From contig NC_042998.1 of the NCBI RefSeq assembly GCF_006345805.1, forward strand, positions 201,748,001 to 201,812,000: a DNA stretch of 64,000 nucleotides, written 5' to 3'. The number at the start of each line of letters is the position of its first letter. The first letter of the stretch is position 1. The notes below the pieces were generated by a model. It did not search any database and was not told where the DNA came from. It saw only the letters and a program-made list of their open reading frames with translations. A program made the position numbers and the translations under genes. The stretch is from Octopus sinensis (lineage: Eukaryota). Shown here piece after piece: positions 63,344 through 64,000 of the stretch.

Positions 63344-64000
63344 TACCGGCCAAAATACGTTAAGGACCGTTCTAACGTTATTCAGTTTAAAATTTCAAAT
63401 TTACGGCAGAAAGGATCGACGAACAAAAATTTATTATCAGTATCTAGTTCCCTAGCCATTATTTTCATTTGCCGCCTTACAACACCTTGACATGGAGTTC
63501 GACAAATGAGCACAAAATTCACTAGGAATGATTTACCAAATTTCTACAATAAAATTATGTAATTGGAAACATGTGTTGTTTTTTTTTTAGTATGAACACT
63601 TTTAGATATATAATTCCATAAATTTTCTATCGGGGTCTGCGGAGGCCACTCAAAAACCACCATATGATTGCGCTCAAAGTATTGCAAAAAGTTGTCTAGC
63701 CTTATGAACGAGGCAATTTTCCTGCTGGAAAATAGATCTCGGCAGCACCTGATTATTTAAATATGGCAGCACATTTTCATTTACTAATTGCAGGAAGCCT
63801 ACATTGTTCAGTCTGCCAGCAACCTTAACAATTGGACCAATATCTAAGCTGCTGAAAGCGGCCCGCTCCATCACCCAACCACCTCCCACCTGCTTCATTT
63901 CCTTGACACACTTAAGATGGAATTCTTCAGTTGGACGGCGTCTAACATGTCTTTCCGTCTGATCCAAAGATGCAGAAGCGTGATTCGTCGCTCTGAAGAA
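63344..64000 (-). mobile_element. Tc1-family transposon, 3' half (runs off the window end), pseudogenised
   Basis: DESRFCIFGSDG in another frame at the window end, then RRRPTEEFH.KC...GGGWVM...FS, FQQENCLVHKAR and a decayed SPDLNPIENLW. TIR-like accggccaaaa follows (TA)n. Confidence 0.88.

Overview
This is AT-rich, repeat-saturated eukaryotic (animal) DNA. The SINE families and dense (TA)n/(CA)n microsatellites look like an octopus-type cephalopod, but that is recalled resemblance and unverified. I find no intact host gene. Most ORFs in the track are microsatellite translations or fragments of dead transposons. The window holds four ordinary tRNA-headed SINE families (several with clear target-site duplications) and decayed LINEs (RTE, CR1/L2-like, and two R4/Dong elements in a TAA array). 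It also holds a Chapaev3-type DNA transposon with both ends and a 3-bp TSD, mariner and Tc1 fragments, and Penelope-like (PLE) RT and GIY-YIG remnants. The most notable signal is a set of at least 6 distinct short non-coding elements carrying type I hammerhead ribozyme (HHR) motifs. They sit mostly in microsatellites and occur as terminally redundant monomers, tandem copies or long fold-back palindromes. Highlights: a fully canonical HHR at 12895-12990, a tRNA-headed SINE ending in an HHR (13459-13760), a hairpin with back-to-back HHRs (13905-14316), and families that keep the HHR helices but carry a non-canonical core (GTGAACA; TTTCGCG). All coordinates and pairings were read by eye.
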